Below are positions 29,280 to 39,658 of a stretch of 64,000 nucleotides of DNA, one piece after another (position 1 is the stretch's first letter; each line of letters opens with the position of its first letter). Below the pieces are notes generated by a model. The model saw nothing but the letters and a program-made list of their open reading frames with translations, did no database searches and was not told the DNA's origin. The position numbers were made by a program, and so were the translations under genes. The stretch comes from an uncultured Anaerolinea sp. (GTDB taxonomy: Bacteria > Chloroflexota > Anaerolineae > JAAEKA01): contig CAZVGR010000014.1 in the NCBI GenBank assembly GCA_964626845.1, positions 12,570 through 76,569 of the forward strand, written 5' to 3'.

Positions 29280-30659
29280 ATGGCCGCTGACACGCTGTTG
29301 ATCCACAACGGCGCCGTCTGCACCTTTGGCGATGCCAACCAGGTGATCGACGACGGCGCGGTGCTGGTCGAGAATGGGCAGATTGCTGCCGTTGGCAGGG
29401 GCGACGAGCTGAAGCGCGCCTATCCGGACGCGCGGCGCGAGGACGCGGGCGGCAAAGTGCTGATGCCCGGCAACATCTGCTCGCACACCCACTTCTACGG
29501 CGCGTTCGCGCGCGGCCTGTACATCCCCGGCCCGGCGCCCAAGGATTTCCCCGAGATCCTGCGCCGGCTGTGGTGGACGCTGGACATGGCGCTGGACGAC
29601 GACGGCGTGCTGTACAGCGCGTTAGTCTGCCTGGTGGACGCGATCCGCAACGGCACGACCACCCTGTTCGACCACCATGCCAGCCCCAACGAGATCGACG
29701 GCAGCCTGGACATCATCGCCGGCGCGGTGGAGGCGGCCGGGCTGCGGGCGGTGTTGTGCTACGAGGTAACCGACCGCAACGGGCCAGAGGGCACGGCGGC
29801 CGGGATTGCTGAGAACGTGCGCTTTATCAAGGGGCAGCGGGCTCGATCAGGAGACCGGCCCGAGCAGGTGATGCTGTCAGGGCTGTTTGGGCTGCACGCA
29901 TCGCTGAGCCTGAGCGACGAGACCCTGGCGCAGTGCGTGGCCGAGGCCGAAGCGTTGGGCGATGTCGGCTTTCATGTCCACGCGGCCGAGGGGCCGGCCG
30001 ATCAGGAGGACAGCCTGGCCAGATACGGTCTGCGCACCATCGACCGCCTGCGCGCCCGGGGCGTGCTCAACCCGCGCAGCATCGTGGCCCACGTGACGGC
30101 CATTGACGGCTGGGAGATGGCCGCGCTGCGCAAGAGCGGCGCCTGGGTGACGCATCAGCCGAGGAGCAACATGAACAACGCGGTGGGGGTGGCCGACGTG
30201 CCGGCCATGCTGCGCGGCGGCATGCCGGTGCTGCTGGGCAACGATGGCTTCTCCAACGACATGTTCACGGAGATGAAGACCGCCTACTTATTACACAAGG
30301 CCTGGCGCAACGACCCGCGCGCCATGCCCGGCAACCAGGTGATCGACATGGCCTACCGCCACAACGCCCGCCTGGCGGCGCAACACTTCCCGCTGCCGCT
30401 GGGCGAGATCAGCGTGGGCGCGGCGGCCGACCTGATCCTGCTGGACTACTACCCCACCACCCCCATGACGGCCGACAACCTGCCCTGGCACATCCTCTTC
30501 GGCGTCAGCGGCAGCCACGTGACGCATACCATGGTCGCCGGCAAATGGCTGATGAAAGAGCGCGCGCTGTTGACCCTGGACGAGGCTGCGATCACCGCGC
30601 AGAGCCGCACAGTGGCCAAGGCAACCTGGGAGCGATTCTGGGAGTTGAGTGGGAAGTAG
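29280..30659 (+). CDS. Amidohydrolase family protein (chlorohydrolase/SsnA/aminodeaminase-like)
   Basis: Start ATG 29280 after GGAGG. Metal-binding HTH and later His motifs. Confidence 0.7.
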   Translation: MAADTLLIHNGAVCTFGDANQVIDDGAVLVENGQIAAVGRGDELKRAYPDARREDAGGKVLMPGNICSHTHFYGAFARGLYIPGPAPKDFPEILRRLWWTLDMALDDDGVLYSALVCLVDAIRNGTTTLFDHHASPNEIDGSLDIIAGAVEAAGLRAVLCYEVTDRNGPEGTAAGIAENVRFIKGQRARSGDRPEQVMLSGLFGLHASLSLSDETLAQCVAEAEALGDVGFHVHAAEGPADQEDSLARYGLRTIDRLRARGVLNPRSIVAHVTAIDGWEMAALRKSGAWVTHQPRSNMNNAVGVADVPAMLRGGMPVLLGNDGFSNDMFTEMKTAYLLHKAWRNDPRAMPGNQVIDMAYRHNARLAAQHFPLPLGEISVGAAADLILLDYYPTTPMTADNLPWHILFGVSGSHVTHTMVAGKWLMKERALLTLDEAAITAQSRTVAKATWERFWELSGK

Positions 30660-30720
30660 GGAAGTAGGCAAGTGGCAAGTGGCAAGTAGGCAAGTGGCAA
30701 GTAGGCAAGTGGCGAGTGGT
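30650..30720. repeat. Tandem GGCAAGT(A/G) hepta/octamer repeat x9
   Basis: Same unit family as the reverse-complement array at 7243-7382. Confidence 0.85.
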
Positions 30721-30811
30721 ATGGAATCACAAGGTGTCCTCGCCGGGTCTGGCTGCGCTGGGCCGGGCGGGGCGCCCTGGAGATCAAAAACGCGGAGAAA
30801 GCAGAACAACA

Positions 30812-31762
30812 GTGCAAACACAAGATGGTTTTGAGCGCGTTAATTTGGGCGCGACTGGCATCCAGGTCAGCCCGCTGGGTATCGGCACGTGGGCCTGGGG
30901 CGACAAGGTTTTCTGGCAGTACGGCCAGGATCACTCTGACGCCGACATCGAAGCGGCCTACCAGACCAGCCTGGCCTATGGCATCAACTTCTTCGACACG
31001 GCCGAGGTCTACGGCCTGGGTCGCTCCGAGCGGCTCTTGGGCCAGTACGCCCGCCAGGCCGGTTGGCCGGTGGTCATTGCCAGCAAGTTCTTCCCCTTCC
31101 CTTGGCGCTTGAGCAAGGTCCAGCAGCAGCGGGCGCTGCGCAAGAGCCTGGAGCGGCTGGGCGTGGACAGCATCGACCTCTACCAGATCCATTGGCCCTT
31201 TCCGCCGCGAAGTATCGACACCTGGATGGATGGGCTGGCCGACGTCGTCGAGGCCGGGCTGGTCAAGGCCGTGGGCGTGTCCAACTACAACGTAGCGCAG
31301 ACCCAGCGCGCCCACACGGCGTTGGCCCGCCGCGGCATCCCCCTGGCGTCCAACCAGGTCGAGTACAGCCTGTGGCAGCGCAAGCCGGAAACCAGTGGTC
31401 TGCTGGAGGTCTGCCGTCAGCTTGACGTGACGTTAATCGCCTACAGCCCGCTGGCGCAGGGGCTGCTGACCGGCAAGTACACGCCGCAGAACCCGCCCCC
31501 CGGCGTGCGCGGCCGGCGCTATGGCCGCGTCCTCGCTAAAGTTCAGCCGCTGGTAGGTCTGCTGCGCGAGCTGGGTGCGGCCCACAGCGGCAAGACCCCT
31601 GCCCAGGTAGCGCTGAACTGGGCCATCTGCAAAGGCGCGGTTCCTATCCCCGGCGCCAAGAACGCGCGCCAGGCCATGGACAACGCCGGTGCGCTGGGCT
31701 GGCGGCTCAGCCCCGACCAGGTGCAGGCTTTAGATCGCGCCAGCGAGCAGGCCAAGGGATAG
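30812..31762 (+). CDS. Aldo/keto reductase
   Basis: AKR motifs (LGIGTWAWG; IDLYQIHWP). Start uncertain: GTG 30812 proposed; ORF opens at 30716 inside the repeat. Confidence 0.7.
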   Translation: MQTQDGFERVNLGATGIQVSPLGIGTWAWGDKVFWQYGQDHSDADIEAAYQTSLAYGINFFDTAEVYGLGRSERLLGQYARQAGWPVVIASKFFPFPWRLSKVQQQRALRKSLERLGVDSIDLYQIHWPFPPRSIDTWMDGLADVVEAGLVKAVGVSNYNVAQTQRAHTALARRGIPLASNQVEYSLWQRKPETSGLLEVCRQLDVTLIAYSPLAQGLLTGKYTPQNPPPGVRGRRYGRVLAKVQPLVGLLRELGAAHSGKTPAQVALNWAICKGAVPIPGAKNARQAMDNAGALGWRLSPDQVQALDRASEQAKG

Positions 31763-31770
31763 CTACGTCC

Positions 31771-32823
31771 ATGCCAACCCCCCGCCCCGGTCCGGTGGTT
31801 TTGTTTGGTTCTGGCGAGACCTCGGCCAACGGCCAAAAAGCCTTCGATTGGGTCTTTCGCAGGCAGGACCAGCCTTTGCGAGTGGCGATTCTGGAGACGC
31901 CGGCCGGCTTCGAGTTGAACTCGCAGCAGGTAGCACAGCGCATCGCCGACTTCCTGCGCCAGCGCTTGCAGAACTACGCGCCGCAGGTGACGTTGGTTCC
32001 GGCCCGCCGCCGCAACACGCCATGGAGCCCGGAAGAGCCAGATGTGGTTGCGCCGCTGCTGCACAGCAACGTGATCTTCCTCGGTCCTGGCAGCCCCAGC
32101 TATGCCGTTCGACAACTGCACGATAGCCTGGCCTGGCACATGCTGCGCAGCCGGCAGCGCTTGGGCGCAGCCGCGGCGCTGGCCAGCGCTGCTACTGTGG
32201 CCGCTGGCGCCTACGCGCTGCCGGTCTACGAGATCTATAAAGTCGGCGAGGACCTGCACTGGAAGCCGGGGCTGGACCTGTTTGCCGACTTCGGTCTGAA
32301 GCTGGCAATCGTGCCGCACTGGAACAACACCGACGGCGGCGCAGAACTGGATACCAGCCGCTGTTTCATGGGGCGGGCGCGCTTTGAGCCGCTGCTGGCT
32401 ATGCTGCCCCCCGACGTGGTCGTTCTGGGCGTGGACGAGCAGACGGCGCTGGCCATGGACCTGGTAAATGGAACCGGCCATGTGTTGGGCGCGGGCAGTG
32501 TAACAGTGCTGGCTGCAGGCGCGAGCCAGGTTTTCAGCCGCGGCGAGAGCCTGCCTTTGGCCGCGCTAGGGCCTTTTTGCCTGCCGGAGGCAGGGTACGG
32601 CATTCCTGCGCCGGTCTGGCAGCAGGCGATGGAAGCAGCGGCAACGAGCCCGCAGGCAGTAGAGCCGCCGCCAGAAATCCTTGAGCTGGCCAGCCGACGC
32701 CAGCAGGCGCGCGAGCGGCGTGATTGGGCTACGGCCGACGCGCTGCGCAGCGAGATCGAAGCGCTAGGCTGGCTCGTACAGGACACGGCGGAGGGGCCGC
32801 GAGTGTCCGGGAAAAATGGTTAA
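31771..32823 (+). CDS. Hypothetical two-domain protein: peptidase S51/cyanophycinase-like (class I glutamine-amidotransferase-like) N-domain + CysRS C-terminal-like motif
   Basis: C-terminal 'RRQQARERRDWATADALRSEIEALGWLVQDT' resembles the cysteinyl-tRNA synthetase C-terminal domain. N-domain assignment weak. Confidence 0.4.
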   Translation: MPTPRPGPVVLFGSGETSANGQKAFDWVFRRQDQPLRVAILETPAGFELNSQQVAQRIADFLRQRLQNYAPQVTLVPARRRNTPWSPEEPDVVAPLLHSNVIFLGPGSPSYAVRQLHDSLAWHMLRSRQRLGAAAALASAATVAAGAYALPVYEIYKVGEDLHWKPGLDLFADFGLKLAIVPHWNNTDGGAELDTSRCFMGRARFEPLLAMLPPDVVVLGVDEQTALAMDLVNGTGHVLGAGSVTVLAAGASQVFSRGESLPLAALGPFCLPEAGYGIPAPVWQQAMEAAATSPQAVEPPPEILELASRRQQARERRDWATADALRSEIEALGWLVQDTAEGPRVSGKNG

Positions 32824-32868
32824 TGGGTGAATTGGTGAATGGTGAATTGTTAACAAGGAGTGTGTGGC

Positions 32869-33363
32869 ATGACGAGAGAGCGCGTTGAGCCTGGACCGGG
32901 GCAAGAGTCGGTCTGGGATTATCCGCGGCCGCCGCGTGTGGAGCGGACTGAGAAACAGGTTCAGGTGGTGTTCAACGGCGTGATGATTGCCGACACGCGG
33001 CGCGCCTGGCGGGTGCTGGAGACCAGCCATCCGCCGGTGTACTATATCCCACCTGAGGATATTCGCGTGGACTGCCTTGTGCCCACCAGGGGCAGTTCGT
33101 TCTGCGAGTGGAAGGGCCAAGCGGGCTACTATGACGTTGCTGTAGGCGGCAAAACCGCAGCCAGCGCAGCCTGGTATTATGCCAAGCCAAGGCCAGCCTT
33201 TGCCGCCATCCAAGATCACGTAGCCTTTTATGCCGGCCTGATGGACGCCTGCACGGTGGATGGCGAGTTGGTGCAGCCTCAGCCAGGCGGATTCTACGGC
33301 GGCTGGATCACCAGCGACATCGTGGGTCCTTTCAAAGGCAAGCCAGGCACGTGGGGCTGGTAG
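32869..33363 (+). CDS. DUF427 domain protein
   Basis: Start ATG 32869 after AAGGAG. 'WDYPRPP...YYIPPED' motifs. Confidence 0.65.
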   Translation: MTRERVEPGPGQESVWDYPRPPRVERTEKQVQVVFNGVMIADTRRAWRVLETSHPPVYYIPPEDIRVDCLVPTRGSSFCEWKGQAGYYDVAVGGKTAASAAWYYAKPRPAFAAIQDHVAFYAGLMDACTVDGELVQPQPGGFYGGWITSDIVGPFKGKPGTWGW

Positions 33364-33480
33364 ACGAAAATTCCAGGTGCCGGGCACTAAGGCTCACGTT
33401 TGCCAAGTCGTCCCCAAGACAAAGCTGCTCCGCCAATCGGCGTCAAGTGCCCGGCACCGTGGCAATCGAAAGCAGAGACT

Positions 33481-34236
33481 ATGAAAAACTATCTTATCGA
33501 CATGGACGGCGTGCTGGTCAGCGGACGCACCATCATTCCTGGCGCTGACCAGTTCATCGCGCGCTTGCAGGCCAGCGGCACGCAGTTCCTGGTGCTGACC
33601 AACAACCCGCTCTACACCCCTGGCGATCTGGCCCACCGCTTCAAACTGATCGGCCTGGACATCCCGGCCGAGCGCATCTTCACCTCGGCCATGGCCACAG
33701 CACGCTTTCTGCGCTCGCAGAAGGCCAACGCCACAGCTTTTGTGATCGGCGAGAGCGGCCTGACCTCGCCGATCCATGAGGTGGGCTACGTCATCACCGA
33801 CATCGAGCCGGACTATGTGGTGCTGGGCGAGACGCACAGCTACAACCTGGAGCAGATCACCAAGGCTATCCGACTGGTAGCGGCTGGCGCGCACTTCATC
33901 GCCACCAACCCCGATCCCTCCGGCCCCAGCGAGGGCGGCATCGTGCCAGCCTGCGGCGCGATGGCTGCGCTGATCGAGCGCGCCACCGGGGTCGCCCCCT
34001 TCTTCGTCGGCAAGCCCAACCCGCTGATGATGCGCATGGCGCTGAACTACCTGGATGTCCACTCCGAGGACACAGTGATGGTGGGCGACCGCATGGACAC
34101 CGACATCATCGGCGGCGTGCAGGCCGGCCTGGAGACGATCCTGGTGCTGACCGGCGTCACGGCCGAGGCCGACGTGCGCCGCTTCCCTTACCAGCCGACG
34201 CGCATCACGCCGTCGGTGGCCGCGATCGAGTTATAG
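33481..34236 (+). CDS. HAD-IIA family hydrolase (NagD-like sugar phosphatase)
   Basis: DMDGVL motif I, LTNN motif [10 protein letters not shown] motif IV. Confidence 0.8.
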   Translation: MKNYLIDMDGVLVSGRTIIPGADQFIARLQASGTQFLVLTNNPLYTPGDLAHRFKLIGLDIPAERIFTSAMATARFLRSQKANATAFVIGESGLTSPIHEVGYVITDIEPDYVVLGETHSYNLEQITKAIRLVAAGAHFIATNPDPSGPSEGGIVPACGAMAALIERATGVAPFFVGKPNPLMMRMALNYLDVHSEDTVMVGDRMDTDIIGGVQAGLETILVLTGVTAEADVRRFPYQPTRITPSVAAIEL

Positions 34237-36162
34237 GGCGTCTACTTCTTTGTTCTCGCCGCCGTTCTCTGCCTCCAACTCCATGATCTTCTGCGCCACC
34301 TGCTCGATAGCCACGCGCTGCTTGCGGTAGAGGTCAGACTCGCTCATGGCCAGCCGGTCGGCAATCTCGCGCACCCGCTTGCCCTGGATGAACTTCAACT
34401 CCAGGATGTTGTAGAGCAGCCACTCAGAGGCGGTCATCTGGCGCTGGCCTTCGGGCCGCAGCCCCTCGATGGCTTGAGCCAGCACCGACCGCAGCCCCTT
34501 GGTGGGACTGCCCTCCTCCTCGGCGGCCCTATTCACCACCTTCAGGCGCAGCAGCGGGCTATCGGTCAGCTTCGGGCCGCCCCAATAGTGGCTGAGCGCG
34601 TCCTTGACCCACTTGGTGAACTCTAACTGATAGACGATGCTGTCGGTCTCGGCTGGCTGCTGCAAGGGAGGCGTGCCGGGATAGGGCACCACACTGCGCC
34701 AGCGCTGCACCCGTTCGATCTGGGGCATGATCTCCATCACGGCCATGAAGACGCCCTGCTGCAAGAGCCGGTCCTCCAGCGCGGTTTCGGCGCGCTGCAC
34801 CAGCTCATCCACCACGTCGTACTCGGCAGGGGACGGGCCTGGTTGGCCGGGCCGGGCGGCCACGCCCAACAGGCCCAGGGCGTTTTCCCGCCCGCTGGTG
34901 CGCAGCGACCACACCCAATAGCCGTTGTATTGCACGCTGTCACCTGCGCTGTGGCTGCGATCGCGGTTGGTAGCCTCTTCCAGGACCTCCTGCCAGCCGG
35001 GATAGCGGCGGAATTCGTTTATCAGGTCGGCCGGGCCACAGGCAGCCTCAACCAACAGTTCCTCTCCCGCCTGAACGGCCACAAAGCCGCCCGGCACGCG
35101 CAGATATTCGCACATAGCCACCAGCACGTTCTCCAGAAACTGGCGCAGGTCGCTGGAGGTCAACAGCCGGCGGTCCAGCTCGCGGATGGCCATCAACTCC
35201 TGCTGGTCGTGGCTGTAGATCATGCGGTCGATGGTGGGCTTGACCAGCTCGATCAGCAGTTGCAGCAACACAATCAACGCCACCACCGTCAGCAATACAA
35301 CCGACTCGCGCGGCAGGCCCAGGATGCTCTCCACCTTGGGGACGGTCAGGATGGCGCCCACCACCAGGATGCCCAGCAGCGGCCCGCGGATCAAAAAGAC
35401 GATCAAGCCCCGCTTGACAACGCGGTCGGGGCTGAGCACGCCGTAGTAGGCCACGCTGTAGGTCATCACGATCAACATAACCGCCACGCCGATGTTGCCG
35501 ATCAGCGTCAGGAGCGAAACAAAGGCTCGCCCCGGATCCACGGTAAAGCCAGCCAACACCAGATAAGGAAAGACCCCCAGGCCAGGAGCGATGAAGGACA
35601 CCACCAGATAGGTCATGCGGCGCCGTGAGGCGGGGGTCAGGCAGCGTTGGCGCACCCGGTAGGTGTTGTACAGGCCATAGCCTGACGCCAGGAAGAAATA
35701 GATGACGAAGACCGGAAAGAAGCGCCCAGGGTCGAGATAGTAGAGGTTGTTCTCGCCGCTGGCCGATTGCACGATCAAATCGGTGAACAGAGCGAGCAGG
35801 GCGATGACGCCGCTGATAATGTAGCTGAACATCACCAGGCGAGTACGCCGCCGCGAGACAGCGTTGGTAGTTTGCAGCAGCGCATCGGACAGATCAAAGT
35901 ATGCGGCTGGCACAAAAGGGATGCCCAGCCACTGCAGGCGCAGCCACAGCTCAGTCTGCTCCGGCGCCACCAGATAGAGCAGCACGTCTCCGGTGTAGAC
36001 CACCATCACGCAGGCCAGCAGAATGGCAAAGGCCCTGCCCACCCGGTTGCGCACATTGTAGGCCACCACATAAGCCAACAGCGAAAAGGCCAGAATGGCA
36101 ACTGTGACTGACAGCAGCAGATTGGCCAGGTCGAGGATGGCTGACCAAGAAGGGAGTACCAT
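34231..36162 (-). CDS. Membrane-bound one-component regulator: N-terminal 7TM module + GAF-like domain + C-terminal sigma-70 region-4/LuxR-like HTH
   Basis: Multi-TM N-half. C-terminal '[33 protein letters not shown]'. Start taken at ATG 36162; ORF extends to 36243. Confidence 0.55.
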   Translation of the reverse strand: MVLPSWSAILDLANLLLSVTVAILAFSLLAYVVAYNVRNRVGRAFAILLACVMVVYTGDVLLYLVAPEQTELWLRLQWLGIPFVPAAYFDLSDALLQTTNAVSRRRTRLVMFSYIISGVIALLALFTDLIVQSASGENNLYYLDPGRFFPVFVIYFFLASGYGLYNTYRVRQRCLTPASRRRMTYLVVSFIAPGLGVFPYLVLAGFTVDPGRAFVSLLTLIGNIGVAVMLIVMTYSVAYYGVLSPDRVVKRGLIVFLIRGPLLGILVVGAILTVPKVESILGLPRESVVLLTVVALIVLLQLLIELVKPTIDRMIYSHDQQELMAIRELDRRLLTSSDLRQFLENVLVAMCEYLRVPGGFVAVQAGEELLVEAACGPADLINEFRRYPGWQEVLEEATNRDRSHSAGDSVQYNGYWVWSLRTSGRENALGLLGVAARPGQPGPSPAEYDVVDELVQRAETALEDRLLQQGVFMAVMEIMPQIERVQRWRSVVPYPGTPPLQQPAETDSIVYQLEFTKWVKDALSHYWGGPKLTDSPLLRLKVVNRAAEEEGSPTKGLRSVLAQAIEGLRPEGQRQMTASEWLLYNILELKFIQGKRVREIADRLAMSESDLYRKQRVAIEQVAQKIMELEAENGGENKEVDAL

Positions 36163-36166
36163 CTTC

Positions 36167-36703
36167 CTACCGCAACTCACGCCCAAAGAACAGCGCGACA
36201 CTGCCGTTGTTGAAATAGCGGTCGTTGAAGCCGCAAAAGGCAAAGCCGTGCCGCTGGAGGAAACGGACGCCAGGATCGTTCTGGGTCTGCAAGGGGGACA
36301 TCAAACGCCGTAGCTGATGGTCGGCGCTCCATTGTAGCGCTGCACGCAGCAGCATGCTGCCCACCCCCTGGCGTCGATGGCTGCGGTCGACGACTATGTG
36401 CCACAGCCAGCCGGTCTGTAGGTCTGGCTCTGGCCCAAGGTCCACATAGCCGACCACACCATCGCCCATCCAGTCTTCAGCCACCAGGATGCAATAGCCC
36501 CGCTGCCAGTGCATCAGCATGGCATTGTTGGGCGCCGGATAGTCCAAACGCATCTCGCGCGGCAGGGCGGTGGTGCGCAGTTGCGCCGACACCTGCTCGC
36601 GACCTTCGCGCAGGTCAAGCTGCCAGACGCGCCGGGTGTCAAACGAGGAGTCTAGCTGCAAACAGGTTTCAATGTCGTTCGGGGTGGCAAATCGCACGTG
36701 CAT
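36167..36703 (-). CDS. GNAT family N-acetyltransferase
   Basis: 178 aa. Acetyl-CoA binding motif RRQGVGSMLL. Confidence 0.75.
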   Translation of the reverse strand: MHVRFATPNDIETCLQLDSSFDTRRVWQLDLREGREQVSAQLRTTALPREMRLDYPAPNNAMLMHWQRGYCILVAEDWMGDGVVGYVDLGPEPDLQTGWLWHIVVDRSHRRQGVGSMLLRAALQWSADHQLRRLMSPLQTQNDPGVRFLQRHGFAFCGFNDRYFNNGSVALFFGRELR

Positions 36704-36848
36704 GGGCAGATTGTAGCATTGCGCCAGTGAAAAGGCAAAGGATATTTGGGCTTTGCTGCAAGCCGGCCCCTGGACTTCAGCTTTGGCTGCTGGCCTGGCT
36801 GAGCCAACCTGCGGCCGGCAGCCGCTGCGCCTGGTACGCGCGCGCAGA

Positions 36849-37793
36849 TCACGTCGCCCACAACACCAGGCTCAGCACGGGCACGGCCAGCAGCGTCGAA
36901 ATGGCCACAATGCTGCTGGCCAGCGTGCCGTCGGCCCCCATGCGCTCAGCCATGACAAAAGAGACGGCTGCGGTGGGCATGGCCAGGTAGAGCAGGACGA
37001 TCTGCAAGTCCTGGCCGGTCAAGCCCAGCGCCGAAGCCAGGGCCAGGCCAGCCAGCGGCGCAACAGCAACCTTGATCAGCGCTGCGGCTGTGGCTATCAG
37101 CCCCCCGGCGCGTATGTCGCGCAGGTGTAGCGTGGCCCCGATACCCAGCAGCGCCAGCGGCAGCGCCATCTGCCCCAAAGCCGACAGAGTACGCTGCACC
37201 GCAGTAGGCAGCGGCAGCGGCGAGTAGGCATAGATTACCCCTACGACGCAGGCGATAATCAACGGGTTGCTGGCCACGCCGCGCAGCAGCTTGCCGCTTT
37301 GCTGCATCAAGCTGGCCTGGCCGCTGCCAGCAGCGCCCAGCAGCACCAGCACGGCCAGCACATTATACAGGGCAATCATCGGGGTGACAGACAGCAGCGC
37401 CAACGATTGGTAGCCGGCTGAACCAGCGCCGTCGACAGCCTGCATGGCGTAGAGCACCACCGGCAGCCCCACATAGGTCAGGTTGCCCCGGTAGGCGCCC
37501 TGCACAAACGAGGCCAGAGCGGGTCGGGAAAGCCCCAGCCGCCAGCCAGCCAGGTAGCCTGTTGCCACGCATATCCCTGCGACCAGGGTTAAGACGGCCA
37601 CAATGCGAGCCGCCGCGCTGAACTCCGGCTCGGCAACAGCCATCTCGACAAAGAGCAAGGCTGGCAGGCCAAACCAGTAGACCAGCGTGTTGGCCTGCTT
37701 AAAGAAAACGCCGGGCAGAAAGCCGCTGCGCCGCAGAACAAAGCCCAGTGCGATCAGGACGACAATCGGGGTCAGGACGTTGATGACAACCAT
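36849..37793 (-). CDS. AEC (auxin efflux carrier) family transporter
   Basis: 314 aa, ~10 TM. AEC-type N- and C-terminal motifs. Confidence 0.8.
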   Translation of the reverse strand: MVVINVLTPIVVLIALGFVLRRSGFLPGVFFKQANTLVYWFGLPALLFVEMAVAEPEFSAAARIVAVLTLVAGICVATGYLAGWRLGLSRPALASFVQGAYRGNLTYVGLPVVLYAMQAVDGAGSAGYQSLALLSVTPMIALYNVLAVLVLLGAAGSGQASLMQQSGKLLRGVASNPLIIACVVGVIYAYSPLPLPTAVQRTLSALGQMALPLALLGIGATLHLRDIRAGGLIATAAALIKVAVAPLAGLALASALGLTGQDLQIVLLYLAMPTAAVSFVMAERMGADGTLASSIVAISTLLAVPVLSLVLWAT

Positions 37794-37803
37794 GTCGTTT
37801 TAC

Positions 37804-38694
37804 TCAGGTGGCGGGCGGGCGAGAAGGCAGCGAATCCGCTTTGGGCAGAGCCTCAGGGGCATCTTGCTGCACCGTGATGCTTGCCAACTCCAGCCACTGC
37901 TCGTTGCGCTTTTCGATCAGACCATGCCACAGCCGGCCCTGCGGCGTGACGATCATCGCCTGGTTGTCCAGCCAGATGACCAGCCCCAGCGGCCCGCGCG
38001 GCGGGGTGGCGCAGTCCAGGACAAGCGCGCCGTCCACCCAAAAGCGCGCCCGGTGTCGTCCCCATTCGATCACATAGGTGTGCCAATCGACCAGCGGGAC
38101 ATCCACAGACGCCTCGCTGACGCCCACAGCCCGCTGAATGCCAGGCCACAGCCGGGAATAGACCGCGGGCAGGCGCAACAAGGGCACAGCCAGCGGCGCA
38201 GTGGGCGCCAGCAGCAGCGCTGGACCGCGACTGGCATCGATGGTGGCAGCCTTCCAGCCGCAGCCCGGTGTGCCCAGGTCCAGCTTCATATTGGAGGGCG
38301 GCGAGGCATAGAAGAACCAGAGCGCGCGCGGCAGGGCGGGCAGGCGGCGTCCCGGCGTCCACGGATCGTTCCAGAAGCCGAAGCCGGCCGTGCCGCTGAT
38401 GATCGGCCCACTATCGGCGGGATAGACCAAGCCGCAGGGATGCTGCGGACGCGCGCCAGGGTGCGAGAAGCGCGCTCGCACCGTCAAGGTCAACGGCGGC
38501 GACCAGAGCAGGCGCCGTCGCGACAGCCCCTGATAGTCGTCGATCTGGGCGTTGCTGTAGCGCTGCGCCGATGTGGGGCCGTTGACCAGCCGCAGCGCGC
38601 CGTTGTTCAGCGCCAATCGGCCGCTGCCGCATTCGATGCGCTGCCAGCGGCTGGGCAGGCCGGCAGCAAAACCTTCGCTGCTATGCTGTACCAT
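37804..38694 (-). CDS. Hypothetical secreted protein, possibly concanavalin-like / GH16-like fold
   Basis: Start ATG 38694 (MVQHSS). 'WHTYVIEW' resembles a GH16 beta-sandwich motif, but the catalytic ExDxxE motif is absent. Confidence 0.4.
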   Translation of the reverse strand: MVQHSSEGFAAGLPSRWQRIECGSGRLALNNGALRLVNGPTSAQRYSNAQIDDYQGLSRRRLLWSPPLTLTVRARFSHPGARPQHPCGLVYPADSGPIISGTAGFGFWNDPWTPGRRLPALPRALWFFYASPPSNMKLDLGTPGCGWKAATIDASRGPALLLAPTAPLAVPLLRLPAVYSRLWPGIQRAVGVSEASVDVPLVDWHTYVIEWGRHRARFWVDGALVLDCATPPRGPLGLVIWLDNQAMIVTPQGRLWHGLIEKRNEQWLELASITVQQDAPEALPKADSLPSRPPAT

Positions 38695-38852
38695 GAGTGA
38701 GTACGTCGTAAACAAAGTTGTTGAGGTGCCCGGCACTTGACACGAGTTTCTGATCATGTATGAATCGTCGCCAAAGTGCCGGGCGCCGATACGCAGTTAA
38801 TTTGTTTACGGTGTAGTGAGTGGCAGGAATAACCAACAAACAACAGGGGCAC

Positions 38853-38897
38853 AGCCAGCGAGCTTGCCAGCTATGCCCCTGTTTGATCATGCATCCA
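38853..38897 (-). terminator. Rho-independent-like terminator (stem ACAGGGGCA/TGCCCCTGT followed by a T-rich run on the minus strand)
   Basis: Hairpin plus 'tgtttgttggtt' downstream of the 38942 stop. Confidence 0.5.
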
Positions 38898-38941
38898 GTT
38901 GAGGGTCAGAAGACAAGGGATTGGTCATGCGACCGCAGGTA

Positions 38942-39358
38942 TCAGGCGGCAGCAGGCCCCTTGTAGCGGGCGTCGCCAAAGCCCAGGATCAGGTAGCCAA
39001 TTGCACTGAGCAGGAAGAGGAGAATCACGCCCCAAGCCGCGCTCTTGTCAAAAGACTTGGCCAGATCGATGGACACGATCAAGGCGGCGAAGAAGTTGAC
39101 GAACGGGATGAAGAACAGGATCAGCCACCAGCCGGGCCGGCCGATGATCTGCAGCAGCACATAGATGTTGTAAATCGGGATGATGGCTGCCCAGCCAGGC
39201 TTGCCCGCCTTGGTGTACACGCGCCACAGCCCTGCGATAATCAGGATAGCAAAGATCAGACCACAGACGGACGCGAAGCCGCTGGTGAGCAGGGCAAAGA
39301 TTCCGGTATCGTCTTGCTGCAACACAGCCATCGACAAAATAGAAAGCAGATACGACAT
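38942..39358 (-). CDS. Small membrane protein (DUF5684-like)
   Basis: Start ATG 39358 after GGAGGAAA. Motif AGKPGWAAIIPIYNIYVLLQIIGRPGWW. Confidence 0.55.
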   Translation of the reverse strand: MSYLLSILSMAVLQQDDTGIFALLTSGFASVCGLIFAILIIAGLWRVYTKAGKPGWAAIIPIYNIYVLLQIIGRPGWWLILFFIPFVNFFAALIVSIDLAKSFDKSAAWGVILLFLLSAIGYLILGFGDARYKGPAAA

Positions 39359-39658
39359 AGAAATTTCCTCCGTAAGATCAAGAACAAGGGTGGCGCCGTG
39401 CCGCTTTTGGGATGACAGCGGCATCAACGCGCCGATACAACGAAAAAAACTGGATGCAAGACAGCTACAAGTATACTGCAATTCGATTACAATACAACTC
39501 TGGCAAGCCAGCGCACTGCGCCTCGCTGCTCCACAGTTTTCTTGCCCAGGTTACTCGTCAGGCGCCGGGCACTTGCAACCCATGCACCGCTTAAAGAGGA
39601 TCGGCGGACATCCTTGCAGGCGCAGATTCAAGCGCCCGGCGCCTATCGGCGCCTGGGG

